Shown in pieces: positions 9,038 to 16,830 of a stretch of 20,000 nt of DNA; position 1 is the stretch's first letter; each line of letters opens with the position of its first letter. Both the position numbers and the translations under genes were made by a program. This stretch comes from an uncultured virus (IMG/VR IMGVR_UViG_3300025881_000012). Its lineage: Duplodnaviria > Heunggongvirae > Uroviricota > Caudoviricetes. The notes under the pieces are model-generated. The model was given only the letters and a program-made list of their open reading frames with translations. It was not told where the DNA came from and did not search any database. Location of the stretch: IMG/VR virus record IMGVR_UViG_3300025881_000012. One strand, written 5' to 3'.

Positions 9038-9184
9038 ATGAGTCATTTAAAAGAAATTAACGAAACATACTTTCAGCATCTACGATTTGCTTGGAAAGTT
9101 GCGGTCGTGCTTCTAGTGCATGGTCTATTTCCAAATCTCTGGCAGAATAAAGCCCGAACTATGATGGACAACCGACATGAGTAA
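9038..9184 (+). CDS. Small 48-aa hydrophobic protein (DUF6356-like), not in the ORF track
   Basis: Hand translation MSHLKEINETYFQHLRFAWKVAVVLLVHGLFPNLWQNKARTMMDNRHE*. It fills the gp4-gp2 gap and overlaps the gp2 start (ATGAGTAA). The H...ETYxQH...LxHxxxP pattern is recalled from the DUF6356 family. Confidence 0.7.
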   Translation: MSHLKEINETYFQHLRFAWKVAVVLLVHGLFPNLWQNKARTMMDNRHE

Positions 9185-9761
9185 TCTCTTTCAAACGGTA
9201 GAGCAAGAGGCATTTCGTGCTGGTATTACGCCTCGCACCAAAGAATCACGCGCATGGTTCCGCAAAAAAGTGCAGAGAATGGGAGTCAATAGGCGTGAGT
9301 TAATGCGGGAAGAACCTATTTCAAAAGAGAGCGATACGATTACCGGCAACATGTATATGTTTTTCTACGATGCAAAGCATAGAAAGACACTTCCGTATTG
9401 GGATTCGTTTCCTCTCATTATTGCCATTGGACCTGCTGAGAAAGGTTTTTATGGCATGAATCTACACTATCTGCCCATACCATTGAGAGCCAAGTTTCTT
9501 GATGAACTGATGGGTGTGACAAGCGACAAAAAATATAACGAGAATACCAAGTTCAGAGTGACATATAGTTTTTTGAACCGAGCGGCATCAATGAAATATT
9601 TTAGGCCCTGCTACAAACACTACCTAACATCGCAAGTGGAAGGTAACTTCGCAAAGGTGCCTGCTCCTGAATGGGAGATTGCTACGTTCTTACCAACAGC
9701 ACAATGGCAAGGTAACAAGAACCAGGTATACAAAGATTCTAGGAAAAAGATAAATGCTTAA
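9177..9761 (+). CDS. gp2: DNA end protector protein gp2
   Basis: SRAWFRKK...GNMYMFFYDAKHRKTLPYWDSFPL...GMNLHYLP...PCYKHYL...FLPT. Confidence 0.93.
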   Translation: MSNLFQTVEQEAFRAGITPRTKESRAWFRKKVQRMGVNRRELMREEPISKESDTITGNMYMFFYDAKHRKTLPYWDSFPLIIAIGPAEKGFYGMNLHYLPIPLRAKFLDELMGVTSDKKYNENTKFRVTYSFLNRAASMKYFRPCYKHYLTSQVEGNFAKVPAPEWEIATFLPTAQWQGNKNQVYKDSRKKINA

Positions 9762-10419
9762 ATTAGGCACAGTAGACGAAATCAAGTCTGCAATAACAGA
9801 CGGTGGTGGATTCAGCAAGAGCAATCTGTATTTCGTAAAGTTTCCCACAGTAGCGGGCATTACGGGATATGATATGGGGCTTTTGTGCAGTAACATAAAT
9901 TTACCCTCCCGTCAGTTGACCAGCGTAGAACGTGACCTTGGTGTCACACGACAGAAAGTTGTTCATGGTTATGTCAACCCACCTATCTCAGCCACATTTC
10001 GTGTTCTGAACAACCAGGGTGCCAGAAATTATTTTGAGTCATGGCAACAGTTCATTTTGCCCGAATACTCGGACGATGAAGCCAGATTTGAAGCCAAGTA
10101 TCCCGATAAATATACAGCGCCGCTTCACATATATCAGTTAGAACGTGGTAAAGGGTTTCCTGTATTCAACAAGCAGTTTGAAAAGAAGTTAGGACCAATC
10201 AATCTGAGTCTTGATATTGATGTTGATGTAGCCACACCTGCTATTTCAAATTACCACTGGATTATTGATCGTGCGTTTCCTGTCAACGTTTCATCCAGCG
10301 AGATGGCAGATGGATCAGGTGAGATTCATACGGTGACTGTGAGTTTTGAATACAAGAGTTGGAAAGGTGAACCTGTAAGTAACGGCAAACAGAAAGCATC
10401 TATTTTTATTAATCGGTAA
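9754..10419 (+). CDS. gp54: Baseplate tail-tube initiator gp54 (gp19/gp54 tail-tube fold)
   Basis: GGGFSKSNLYFV...LLCSNINLPSR...RNYFESWQ...AFPVNVSS...VTVSFEYKSW. Position between gp2 and gp26. Confidence 0.8.
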   Translation: MLKLGTVDEIKSAITDGGGFSKSNLYFVKFPTVAGITGYDMGLLCSNINLPSRQLTSVERDLGVTRQKVVHGYVNPPISATFRVLNNQGARNYFESWQQFILPEYSDDEARFEAKYPDKYTAPLHIYQLERGKGFPVFNKQFEKKLGPINLSLDIDVDVATPAISNYHWIIDRAFPVNVSSSEMADGSGEIHTVTVSFEYKSWKGEPVSNGKQKASIFINR

Positions 10420-10434
10420 CACATGGAGTAAATT

Positions 10435-11130
10435 ATGGCATTACCACTATTGAATGACGTTCCAAAGTATACATTAAAAATACCATCAACAGGCAAATCG
10501 GTCAAGTATCGTCCTTACTTAGTCAAAGAAGAAAAGATTCTTCTTCTCGCAAAGGAGAGTAAAGACCAAGATCAGATTATGGAAGCAGTGTCGGATACGG
10601 TTCGGGCATGTACCGCTGATAAAGTCCGACTTAATGATCTTACAACATTTGATCTAGAGTATCTCTTTGTAAAAATTCGTGCCAAGTCTGTCGGTGAGAC
10701 TGTAAACTTGGTGTTGCCCTGTAGTGAATGCAAAGCATCCAACGAAGCATCATTGAATTTAGATGAGGTCCAGTGTCCTGTAGACAGTAAGAAAAAGAAT
10801 GTGATCAAGATTGACGATGACATTTCTGTTGAGATGAAGTATCCAAGTTATGTAGAGATAGAGCGTACCGAAGAAGCAACAGACGCCGCATTCAATATTA
10901 TGGCGAGTAGTCTCAAAGCAGTCCTTACAAAAGATGAACGAATAGATGTGAGCGAAGAACCACAAGAGACAGTTCTTGCGTTCCTTGAGTCTATGACTAG
11001 CACACAATTTGCAAAACTGTCTGACTTTGTAAGAACAATGCCACAAGTAGAACACCACATTATATTTGACTGTGTGGAATGCGGGCATCATAATGATATT
11101 GAAGTGCGAGGTATGCAAAGTTTTTTTTAG
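10435..11130 (+). CDS. gp26: Baseplate hub assembly protein gp26
   Basis: MALP...PKYTLKIPSTGKSVKYRPYLVKEEKILL...FDLEYLFVKIRAKSVGE...CSEC...MKYPS...CVEC...GMQSFF*. Confidence 0.92.
   Translation: MALPLLNDVPKYTLKIPSTGKSVKYRPYLVKEEKILLLAKESKDQDQIMEAVSDTVRACTADKVRLNDLTTFDLEYLFVKIRAKSVGETVNLVLPCSECKASNEASLNLDEVQCPVDSKKKNVIKIDDDISVEMKYPSYVEIERTEEATDAAFNIMASSLKAVLTKDERIDVSEEPQETVLAFLESMTSTQFAKLSDFVRTMPQVEHHIIFDCVECGHHNDIEVRGMQSFF
11108..11130 (+). promoter_or_regulatory. Candidate programmed -1 frameshift signal (internal SD GAGGT + T TTT TTT + TAG)
   Basis: GAGGT at 11108-11112, eight Ts at 11121-11128, gp26 stop TAG at 11128-11130. Confidence 0.65.
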
Positions 11131-11315
11131 TTGGCCTCTCCCATGAAGAGTTAGCAAATTATTATAAAACTAACTTTTTGTTGCAGAGGCATCATAAATA
11201 TACTTTGACAGAACTAGATATGATGATGCCTTGGGAGCGAGAAATACAACTTATTATGTTAATGCAAGCATTGGAAGAAGAAAAACAAGCCAGAGAAAAA
11301 CAAAATAGGTCGTAG
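11127..11315 (+). CDS. gp51: Baseplate hub assembly catalyst gp51; no own start codon, likely reached by -1 frameshift from gp26
   Basis: Hand translation in the -1 frame: LVGLSHEELANYYKTNFLLQRHHKYTLTELDMMMPWEREIQLIMLMQALEEEKQAREKQNRS*. This contains the gp51 signature NYYKTNF.L...HKY.LTEL..MMPWERE. Confidence 0.85.
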   Translation, partial: LVGLSHEELANYYKTNFLLQRHHKYTLTELDMMMPWEREIQLIMLMQALEEEKQAREKQNRS

Positions 11316-11317
11316 AC

Positions 11318-12982
11318 ATGGCAACACTACAAGACGTAGTATCGGAATTAGAACTCCAAACAGAATTTATAAATCTGCAAACGGACAACATGTCCAACTT
11401 TACGAATCAGTTGAAGCAGGATGCTGAACTTCAACGTGCCGCAATGCTTGAAGCGGCGACTGAACGTAGGGCTGGAGGTGGTGGTCCAGGTGCTCCCGCC
11501 GAGCCTGCCGCACGAGAAAGTGAGCCGATAGGCGATCCAGTCATACCATCCAAAGAAGCGGGTATCGTTGCCGCTCTGGGTTCTGCATTTCTCAAAGGTG
11601 GTCTTGGCATTGGTGCGGCTGCCGCTGGTATTGGCTATCTCATCTCTCAAATTAACGACTTTGGTCCTAGTCTGTCAAGAATGGCAGTAGGTCTTGAAGA
11701 TCTTGAGAATGCACAGATTACCGGTGATCAGTTTCGCTTAATAGGAGAAGCAATCGCTGAACTAACCAGTGGCGCTGGTATTGGTGGTGCTCTTGGAATT
11801 AGGATTCTTGCGGGTACAGCATTCAATGATCTAGCAGATGGCATTGAAAGACTCAATGAGGTTGAGTTTGATCCTGAGGCGCTTCGTGCAGTAGGTGAAG
11901 GTATTGATGGAATGCTCGCACCTCTATCTGGATTTGATCTAGGTGAAGCAGGCGTTCTTCAGATGATGGATGACAATCTTGTTGCTCTAGCCGATGGTGT
12001 TGATGCGCTGGCCAAGGCTGAAGTACCGACAGTAGAGAAAATGCGAGGAGTCGGTGAAGGGCTTAACGCAATTCTTGAACCTCTCTCGGCAGGCGATATG
12101 GGTGAAGCCGGTGTCTTCCAGATGATTGATGACAACATGCTAACACTCGCCAATGGGCTTGTGCGACTGAATGATGTTGATGCCGCTCAATTAGAGACTC
12201 TGGGACCTATCATCGGTATGGCATTACAATCTATTCTGGATGGCACAGACGATCTATTAGGTGCTACTGGTTTACAAAGTATTGATGACAATCTGATACC
12301 ACTCGCAGAGGGAATGGATAGACTCAATGCGGTTGACGAGCAAAGATTTCTCCAAGTGGCTGGTTTCATAGGTCCTGCATTCCAAAGAATTCTTGATGGT
12401 ACAGATGATCTTCTGGGTGCTACTGGACTTCAAGGTATTGATGATAATCTAAAGCCGATTGCTGATGGTATCAAATACATGACAAACGTGGTTGATGAAG
12501 ATACGTTCATGCGGTTTGATCAACTCAGTCACTTCATAGGTCCAGCCTTTCAGCGAATGCTAGACGGCACAGATAATCTTCTGGGTGCGGTTGGACTTCA
12601 AGCAATTGATGACAATCTAAAGCCAATGGCAGATGGCATCAAGTACATGAGCGATGTTGGTGGTGAAGTGAATCTTGCCAACGTCTCTAAGATCGTTGAT
12701 GCATATAATGAATTGGGCAGAATGGAAGCAATCAGTCCAGTCAAGATGGAAAACTTTTCTGAACTATTAGGTGCAGTTTCTGGTCCTACAATCAATGCTC
12801 AACGAGCATCAGTTATCTCAGAGAACACTGATCCAAGCGGTAGCGGTGGTAGTGTTGTGCAGATCATTAACGACAACAAGCAAGTCAACACGAGTGCAAG
12901 CAAGGTGACTAATGAAGCACCTATCTTGTCATCTCCTACTCTCAACAACGGGTCAAGAGCAGACGCATACTCTGCGGCATAA
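11318..12982 (+). CDS. Tape measure / baseplate hub gp29-like protein with internal 52-56 aa repeats
   Basis: Follows gp26/gp51 as gp29 does in related phages. Helical A/G/L/D-rich sequence, 554 aa, with the low-complexity C-terminus VVQIINDNKQVNTS typical of this position. Confidence 0.65.
   Translation: MATLQDVVSELELQTEFINLQTDNMSNFTNQLKQDAELQRAAMLEAATERRAGGGGPGAPAEPAARESEPIGDPVIPSKEAGIVAALGSAFLKGGLGIGAAAAGIGYLISQINDFGPSLSRMAVGLEDLENAQITGDQFRLIGEAIAELTSGAGIGGALGIRILAGTAFNDLADGIERLNEVEFDPEALRAVGEGIDGMLAPLSGFDLGEAGVLQMMDDNLVALADGVDALAKAEVPTVEKMRGVGEGLNAILEPLSAGDMGEAGVFQMIDDNMLTLANGLVRLNDVDAAQLETLGPIIGMALQSILDGTDDLLGATGLQSIDDNLIPLAEGMDRLNAVDEQRFLQVAGFIGPAFQRILDGTDDLLGATGLQGIDDNLKPIADGIKYMTNVVDEDTFMRFDQLSHFIGPAFQRMLDGTDNLLGAVGLQAIDDNLKPMADGIKYMSDVGGEVNLANVSKIVDAYNELGRMEAISPVKMENFSELLGAVSGPTINAQRASVISENTDPSGSGGSVVQIINDNKQVNTSASKVTNEAPILSSPTLNNGSRADAYSAA
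11870..12660 (+). repeat. Five tandem protein repeats (G..LQxIDDNLxxxAxG) within the tape-measure gene
   Basis: DDN codons start at 11969, 12128, 12284, 12440 and 12608 (spacings 159, 156, 156, 168 nt). Confidence 0.9.
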
Positions 12983-13010
12983 AAAAAAGGGAGATCATTT
13001 CTGATCTCCC
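12981..13010 (-). terminator. Rho-independent terminator after gp32 (hairpin may also act on the converging + operon)
   Basis: Perfect 9-bp stem GGGAGATCA-TTTC-TGATCTCCC (12989-13010) preceded by A8, i.e. a U-tail on the minus strand. Confidence 0.9.
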
Positions 13011-13040
13011 CTGTATGGCAACCCTTAAGGGAATAACGCT

Positions 13041-13919
13041 TTACTCCTCAGCGGCTAACTTAGCAAAGTATGACATCGTGTCATCTTCATCAGCCTCAGC
13101 AGTCTCAGCGACAACAGGCGCGGGAGCCTGCTTCATCACAGGTGCTTCAGTCACTTGGTGGACAGGAGCCGCATCAGAGGTAACACCAAGCACCATATTC
13201 AACCTTGCTTCTAGTTCAGCATAAGTCTTATAGTTGTCAGGATCACTGAACTCATTGATATCAAAGATACGATCATAGATCTCTTCTAGTTCATCGTCGC
13301 TATCAGACAATGCTGAAGGTGATGCGAACTCAGACTTATCGTAATTACGATAGCCCTCAACGTTGCGAATCTTCAACTTGAATGAAGCACCTTCCCAGAA
13401 GTCAAATGGGTTGATAGGATCTTCATCCGCAAATGCAGGTTGCATTACATCCATGATTTTATCATAGATCTTCTTACCGTAGACAAACAGAAAGACTTGA
13501 CCTTCGTTTGCTGGGTTAGATGGATCTGATTCGACCAGAACGTTTGATACATAGTGCAGTCGGCGTTTGCGCTCTCTCGCAATTTCTTTGTCTCGGTCAT
13601 CACCTGAATTCCACAACTTAGAGTTTGCTTCTGATACCGGATCTTGTTGCCCGATTGAAGTCAAAGACTTCTCGATGTACCATTGACCAGTTGGACCCTT
13701 GAAGCCATGATCCCAGTAACGAACCCACGGTAAATCATTGCCTTCAGCGGGAGGCAGAAATCGCAACACAGCATAACCATTACCTGCTTTATCAACAGTA
13801 GGTTTCCAGATGCGCTCATCCACATATGATTTCTTTTCGGGGGTTGATTCGCCGGAAGCGGCAGAAACAAGTTTAGCGATAGTGTTCCCTTTGGAACGTT
13901 TTAGATCTTGAAACGACAT
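13041..13919 (-). CDS. gp32: Single-stranded DNA-binding protein gp32
   Basis: DERIWKPTVDKAGNGYAVLRFLP...HGFKGPTGQWYIE...NPFDFWEGASFKLKIRNVEGYRNYDKSEF, plus acidic tail DDTMSYFAKLAAEE. Confidence 0.97.
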   Translation of the reverse strand: MSFQDLKRSKGNTIAKLVSAASGESTPEKKSYVDERIWKPTVDKAGNGYAVLRFLPPAEGNDLPWVRYWDHGFKGPTGQWYIEKSLTSIGQQDPVSEANSKLWNSGDDRDKEIARERKRRLHYVSNVLVESDPSNPANEGQVFLFVYGKKIYDKIMDVMQPAFADEDPINPFDFWEGASFKLKIRNVEGYRNYDKSEFASPSALSDSDDELEEIYDRIFDINEFSDPDNYKTYAELEARLNMVLGVTSDAAPVHQVTEAPVMKQAPAPVVAETAEADEDDTMSYFAKLAAEE

Positions 13920-13980
13920 ATATATTTCCTTGTATTTTTAGTATGTTTTTGTATTACAGATTATCCACTTGATTCATAAT

Positions 13981-14009
13981 ATAGTACACTATTTATACTC
14001 CGGTGTCAA
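13981..14009 (-). promoter_or_regulatory. Nested promoters for gp32: sigma70-type TTGACA-17-TACTAT with a late TATAAATA inside the spacer
   Basis: The minus strand reads TTGACA CCGGAG TATAAATA GTG TACTAT (-35 at 14009-14004, late box 13997-13990, -10 at 13986-13981). Confidence 0.8.
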
Positions 14010-14016
14010 GAGTTTT

Positions 14017-14232
14017 TTAACCAAAAGGCAGTTCATTGCCTCTCGGTAAAAAGTTAAGGCGCATTGCTTCTGCCTCTATTTTTTCTTTGATAGGATCAGA
14101 GATATACTTCTTCACATCTTCAATCTCTAACTGATTCTTGTCGCAGATATGCACTACGGCATCAATGTAGGACAATCGTGCGGTGTGCACCGTGTCCTCT
14201 ATCATGCGAGTGAATTTCTGTTTAGTGAGCAT
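14017..14232 (-). CDS. gp33: Late-transcription coactivator gp33
   Basis: F...IE..V....LSYIDAVVHICDKNQLEIEDVKKYISDPIKEKIEAEAMRLNFL...LP. The start is likely ATG 14232 with AGGTGA SD, not 14277. Confidence 0.9.
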   Translation of the reverse strand: MLTKQKFTRMIEDTVHTARLSYIDAVVHICDKNQLEIEDVKKYISDPIKEKIEAEAMRLNFLPRGNELPFG

Positions 14233-14236
14233 TAAT

Positions 14237-14971
14237 TCACCTATTTGCATTCTGATCTTCCTGTGTCCACATAGCACCTATATCGGGATAATAAGTGCCT
14301 ACTGTTCGTTTAACCATTCCCTCGCTATCATACGCGAGCACTTTACATACTGTGAGAACTTTGCCTTCACGTTTTTCACCAAAGTGTGAGTCGCCCCAAA
14401 AGCCAGTCCGTAAATATATATTCATGTTATACACATAGGTCTGAGCAGTGCGAAATTGCATTCTAAGGTTGGCATCTTTAGAGTCTTCCCACGACTTTGT
14501 TTCGGTCAACAATTTCTTCCATTCTTTTAACCATGCTTTCACTTTAGTCGGATGAAGCCAGTAGTCGTCAGGAAGTTCTGACCACTCTATGGTGTCAGGT
14601 GTTGTCTTCTTTTTAATCTCGTGCCCACGTTCTAGCATAGGTTTAAGATTTTTAAAAAGAGAGTTATAGACTTGTTCAGGCATAAAACCTAACTGTCTTG
14701 CTTTCCAACCACTTTTAGCAAACGCAAGTAGATAAGTGTCAGGAATGTTTTTGACTTCATCAGCGAGATTCCAGTCAGTACCAGTCTCTACCCATCGTCG
14801 CAATGAATGGCATATCTCCTTATCGGTCACTTCGTAGTGAGTAAAGTCCTCACACTCTTTAAATGCGGCAAGTCTTGCTTCTTCTGTTTTGGCTTTACGC
14901 AACTTATCCCAGTTGGGTTCGGGCGTCAGTGTCTTTTTCTTCTTAGGAATAAACTTCGCTTTCTTAGCCAT
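14237..14971 (-). CDS. Hypothetical basic protein (244 aa)
   Basis: Long ORF in the minus-strand operon with a GGAG SD and overlap with the upstream gene. No family recognised. Confidence 0.75.
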   Translation of the reverse strand: MAKKAKFIPKKKKTLTPEPNWDKLRKAKTEEARLAAFKECEDFTHYEVTDKEICHSLRRWVETGTDWNLADEVKNIPDTYLLAFAKSGWKARQLGFMPEQVYNSLFKNLKPMLERGHEIKKKTTPDTIEWSELPDDYWLHPTKVKAWLKEWKKLLTETKSWEDSKDANLRMQFRTAQTYVYNMNIYLRTGFWGDSHFGEKREGKVLTVCKVLAYDSEGMVKRTVGTYYPDIGAMWTQEDQNANR

Positions 14972-15182
14972 TATTGCTCCTGTTTAGAAAATGTATTCTT
15001 ACTAGATACTTCCGTATCATTGCAATCACAAATAACACCGAAGTACAGAACAGTGTCGTACTGAATGCATCCATTTTAACATAAAATGCAAAAGAAATCA
15101 ACACAAAGTTTAACGGAAAGTTAATTAATGTTGCAATAATTGTGTCACTAAACACTTCTTTTAGTGCTTCTCGGTTTAACAT
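14964..15182 (-). CDS. Small two-TM membrane protein
   Basis: Two hydrophobic segments followed by RKYLVR. Overlaps both neighbours. Confidence 0.7.
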   Translation of the reverse strand: MLNREALKEVFSDTIIATLINFPLNFVLISFAFYVKMDAFSTTLFCTSVLFVIAMIRKYLVRIHFLNRSNNG

Positions 15183-15949
15183 TCTCTACGCAAGTCATTC
15201 TCATCTGAGATCACATCCAACAGAGGTGACTCTCCTGCAATGTATCTCAGAGCGGCCATATCTTTAGGCAAACAATGCCCACCGTATCCAAACTTACCGT
15301 CAGGACCTGGTACTTGTGTGTGTGATCTGCCAATTCTAGGATCAATTGTAATAGCATCAACCATCTGATCAAACCCTTCAAATCCTATATCGTTATATAT
15401 CTGATACATCTCGTTGAAGAATGCAACCTTAGTCGCTAGAAATGTATTCTCAACATACTTACCAAACGCCGCTTGCTGTAGAGTACAATACTTTACCTCT
15501 GACAGATCGGGCAACACCGGCTTGAACAACTCATCCCAGAATCGTGGAGATTCTCCACCATATATCGCATATGTCTGATGTTCAAACTCCTCCATCGTAT
15601 TGCGATTCATATTTGAACTACCTAAGAACTCAGGCGATACCGTGATATCTCGCCACAACTTCCACTTGTCTATCCATACAGGATCAACAGCAGATTTGAT
15701 CAGATACTTTACATTGCCGTACTTCTCAAACACTTCTTCCACATGGTCTGTGTTGCACGATCCGTTATCACGCATGGGTGTAGCCACACAAACGACAACC
15801 GCATCAGGAGGATCGATATATTCATCTCGATAATAGTTTAAACCCTTCGCAGGATCATCAATGAGGACGTCCACTCCAGAATGTTTTGTCAATACGTGTG
15901 CGACGGCTTGTCCGACCGCACCATATCCAGCGACGACTACTCTTATCAT
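15176..15949 (-). CDS. ugd: UDP-glucose/GDP-mannose 6-dehydrogenase family, lacking the C-terminal UDP-binding domain
   Basis: Rossmann GYGAVG, VCVATP, IKS, SPEFL, KYVENTFLATKVAFFNE, DPRIG and catalytic GYGGHCLPKD. Confidence 0.88.
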   Translation of the reverse strand: MIRVVVAGYGAVGQAVAHVLTKHSGVDVLIDDPAKGLNYYRDEYIDPPDAVVVCVATPMRDNGSCNTDHVEEVFEKYGNVKYLIKSAVDPVWIDKWKLWRDITVSPEFLGSSNMNRNTMEEFEHQTYAIYGGESPRFWDELFKPVLPDLSEVKYCTLQQAAFGKYVENTFLATKVAFFNEMYQIYNDIGFEGFDQMVDAITIDPRIGRSHTQVPGPDGKFGYGGHCLPKDMAALRYIAGESPLLDVISDENDLRREC

Positions 15950-16224
15950 TGCAATACAATACCGCTTGTGGATTGAACGTACTGCTTTACAACTTCATCG
16001 GCTGTAGGCACTACGGTAATAATACCACTCTTGTAGAACTTCACTTGACTAATACCAGGAGCACCTGTCATTGCAACCGTAGGCATAAAACCCAAATTGT
16101 TGCCATCAGGTGTCACGATATGTGGGTCTTTGATATAGACTGCGTTGCTGTCTTCATTTTCATATTTGCCCACATACTCAGCGCCTGTTACGGCAACCAC
16201 TGTAACCACGTCATTCTTATTCAT
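15946..16224 (-). CDS. Hypothetical protein, probable Sm/LSm-like beta fold
   Basis: DVVTVVAVTGAEYVGK...IKDP...GFMP...YVQSTSGIV pattern, common in T4-like phages. The fold is inferred. Confidence 0.6.
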   Translation of the reverse strand: MNKNDVVTVVAVTGAEYVGKYENEDSNAVYIKDPHIVTPDGNNLGFMPTVAMTGAPGISQVKFYKSGIITVVPTADEVVKQYVQSTSGIVLQ

Positions 16225-16531
16225 ATAATACTCCTAGCGTCCAGTTTTCGGCAACATCTTCTGCCCAGTTAATTGATTTTTTTGAACAGTCCACGGTTCT
16301 TATATAGCGAGATCCTTCAAACAGTTCCACCGAGAAACCCTTTTCACCTCGCAGAACCACTGCTTCTCGCTTTCCGTTGTCAGAAAAGAATCTTGATATC
16401 GGCTCTTCAATTACCACTTTACGTTTATGTTCTTTCACTTCTACTGTCCTCTCAGAGAATATTTTATCCCAGTTGTTTTCAAATTCTTTGCGATCAACCG
16501 CTAGTGGTCTCGGCTTACTTCCTTTACCCAT
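16217..16531 (-). CDS. Hypothetical protein (MGKGSKPRP...FENNWDKIF N-terminus)
   Basis: Coupled ORF (TAATG overlap). The N-terminal motif is seen in small phage proteins. Confidence 0.7.
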   Translation of the reverse strand: MGKGSKPRPLAVDRKEFENNWDKIFSERTVEVKEHKRKVVIEEPISRFFSDNGKREAVVLRGEKGFSVELFEGSRYIRTVDCSKKSINWAEDVAENWTLGVLYE

Positions 16532-16830
16532 TATGCATACTCTCTCAGTAGTGTAGTTCCTAACATAAACAGCGACACGGCATTTAACATGATTAAGGCA
16601 CGATCACGCCATATTATTGAAACCCATAACCAGAATGCGACACCGGTAAGACCTAGTATCAAATCCCAATACCGATATTCAACACCAGCGGCTCTCATAG
16701 CAAGAGACGAAAGGATCAAAATGGATGCAAACCACTTTAAGTACCAGTCAAAGTCATCAGGATACCAATTACGATCTGGCTTTGTACGACCCTCGGCACG
16801 AGCCTGTGGATCTCCTTTATTATTAGGCAT
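16531..16830 (-). CDS. Small three-TM membrane protein (DUF6552-like)
   Basis: DWYLKWFAS...WLWVSIIWRDRALIMLN with three hydrophobic helices. Confidence 0.7.
   Translation of the reverse strand: MPNNKGDPQARAEGRTKPDRNWYPDDFDWYLKWFASILILSSLAMRAAGVEYRYWDLILGLTGVAFWLWVSIIWRDRALIMLNAVSLFMLGTTLLREYA

Noticed and set aside
8839..9039. Minus-strand 66-aa hydrophobic ORF
   Set aside because: Antisense reading of the Lys-rich gp4 tail (AAA codons read as TTT).
11131..11154. TTG/ATG immediately after the gp26 stop as a possible gp51 start
   Set aside because: These codons are in the gp26 frame and end at TAG after a few codons, so they do not encode gp51.
11870..12660. DNA repeats as a CRISPR array or DGR template/variable pair
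   Set aside because: The repeats are in-frame coding units with synonymous divergence. There is no spacer structure, adenine-specific variation or reverse transcriptase.
13015..13224. Plus-strand 69-aa ORF and CCCTTAAGGG palindrome at 13022-13031
   Set aside because: The ORF is antisense to the gp32 tail, and the 10-bp palindrome is too short to assign a function.
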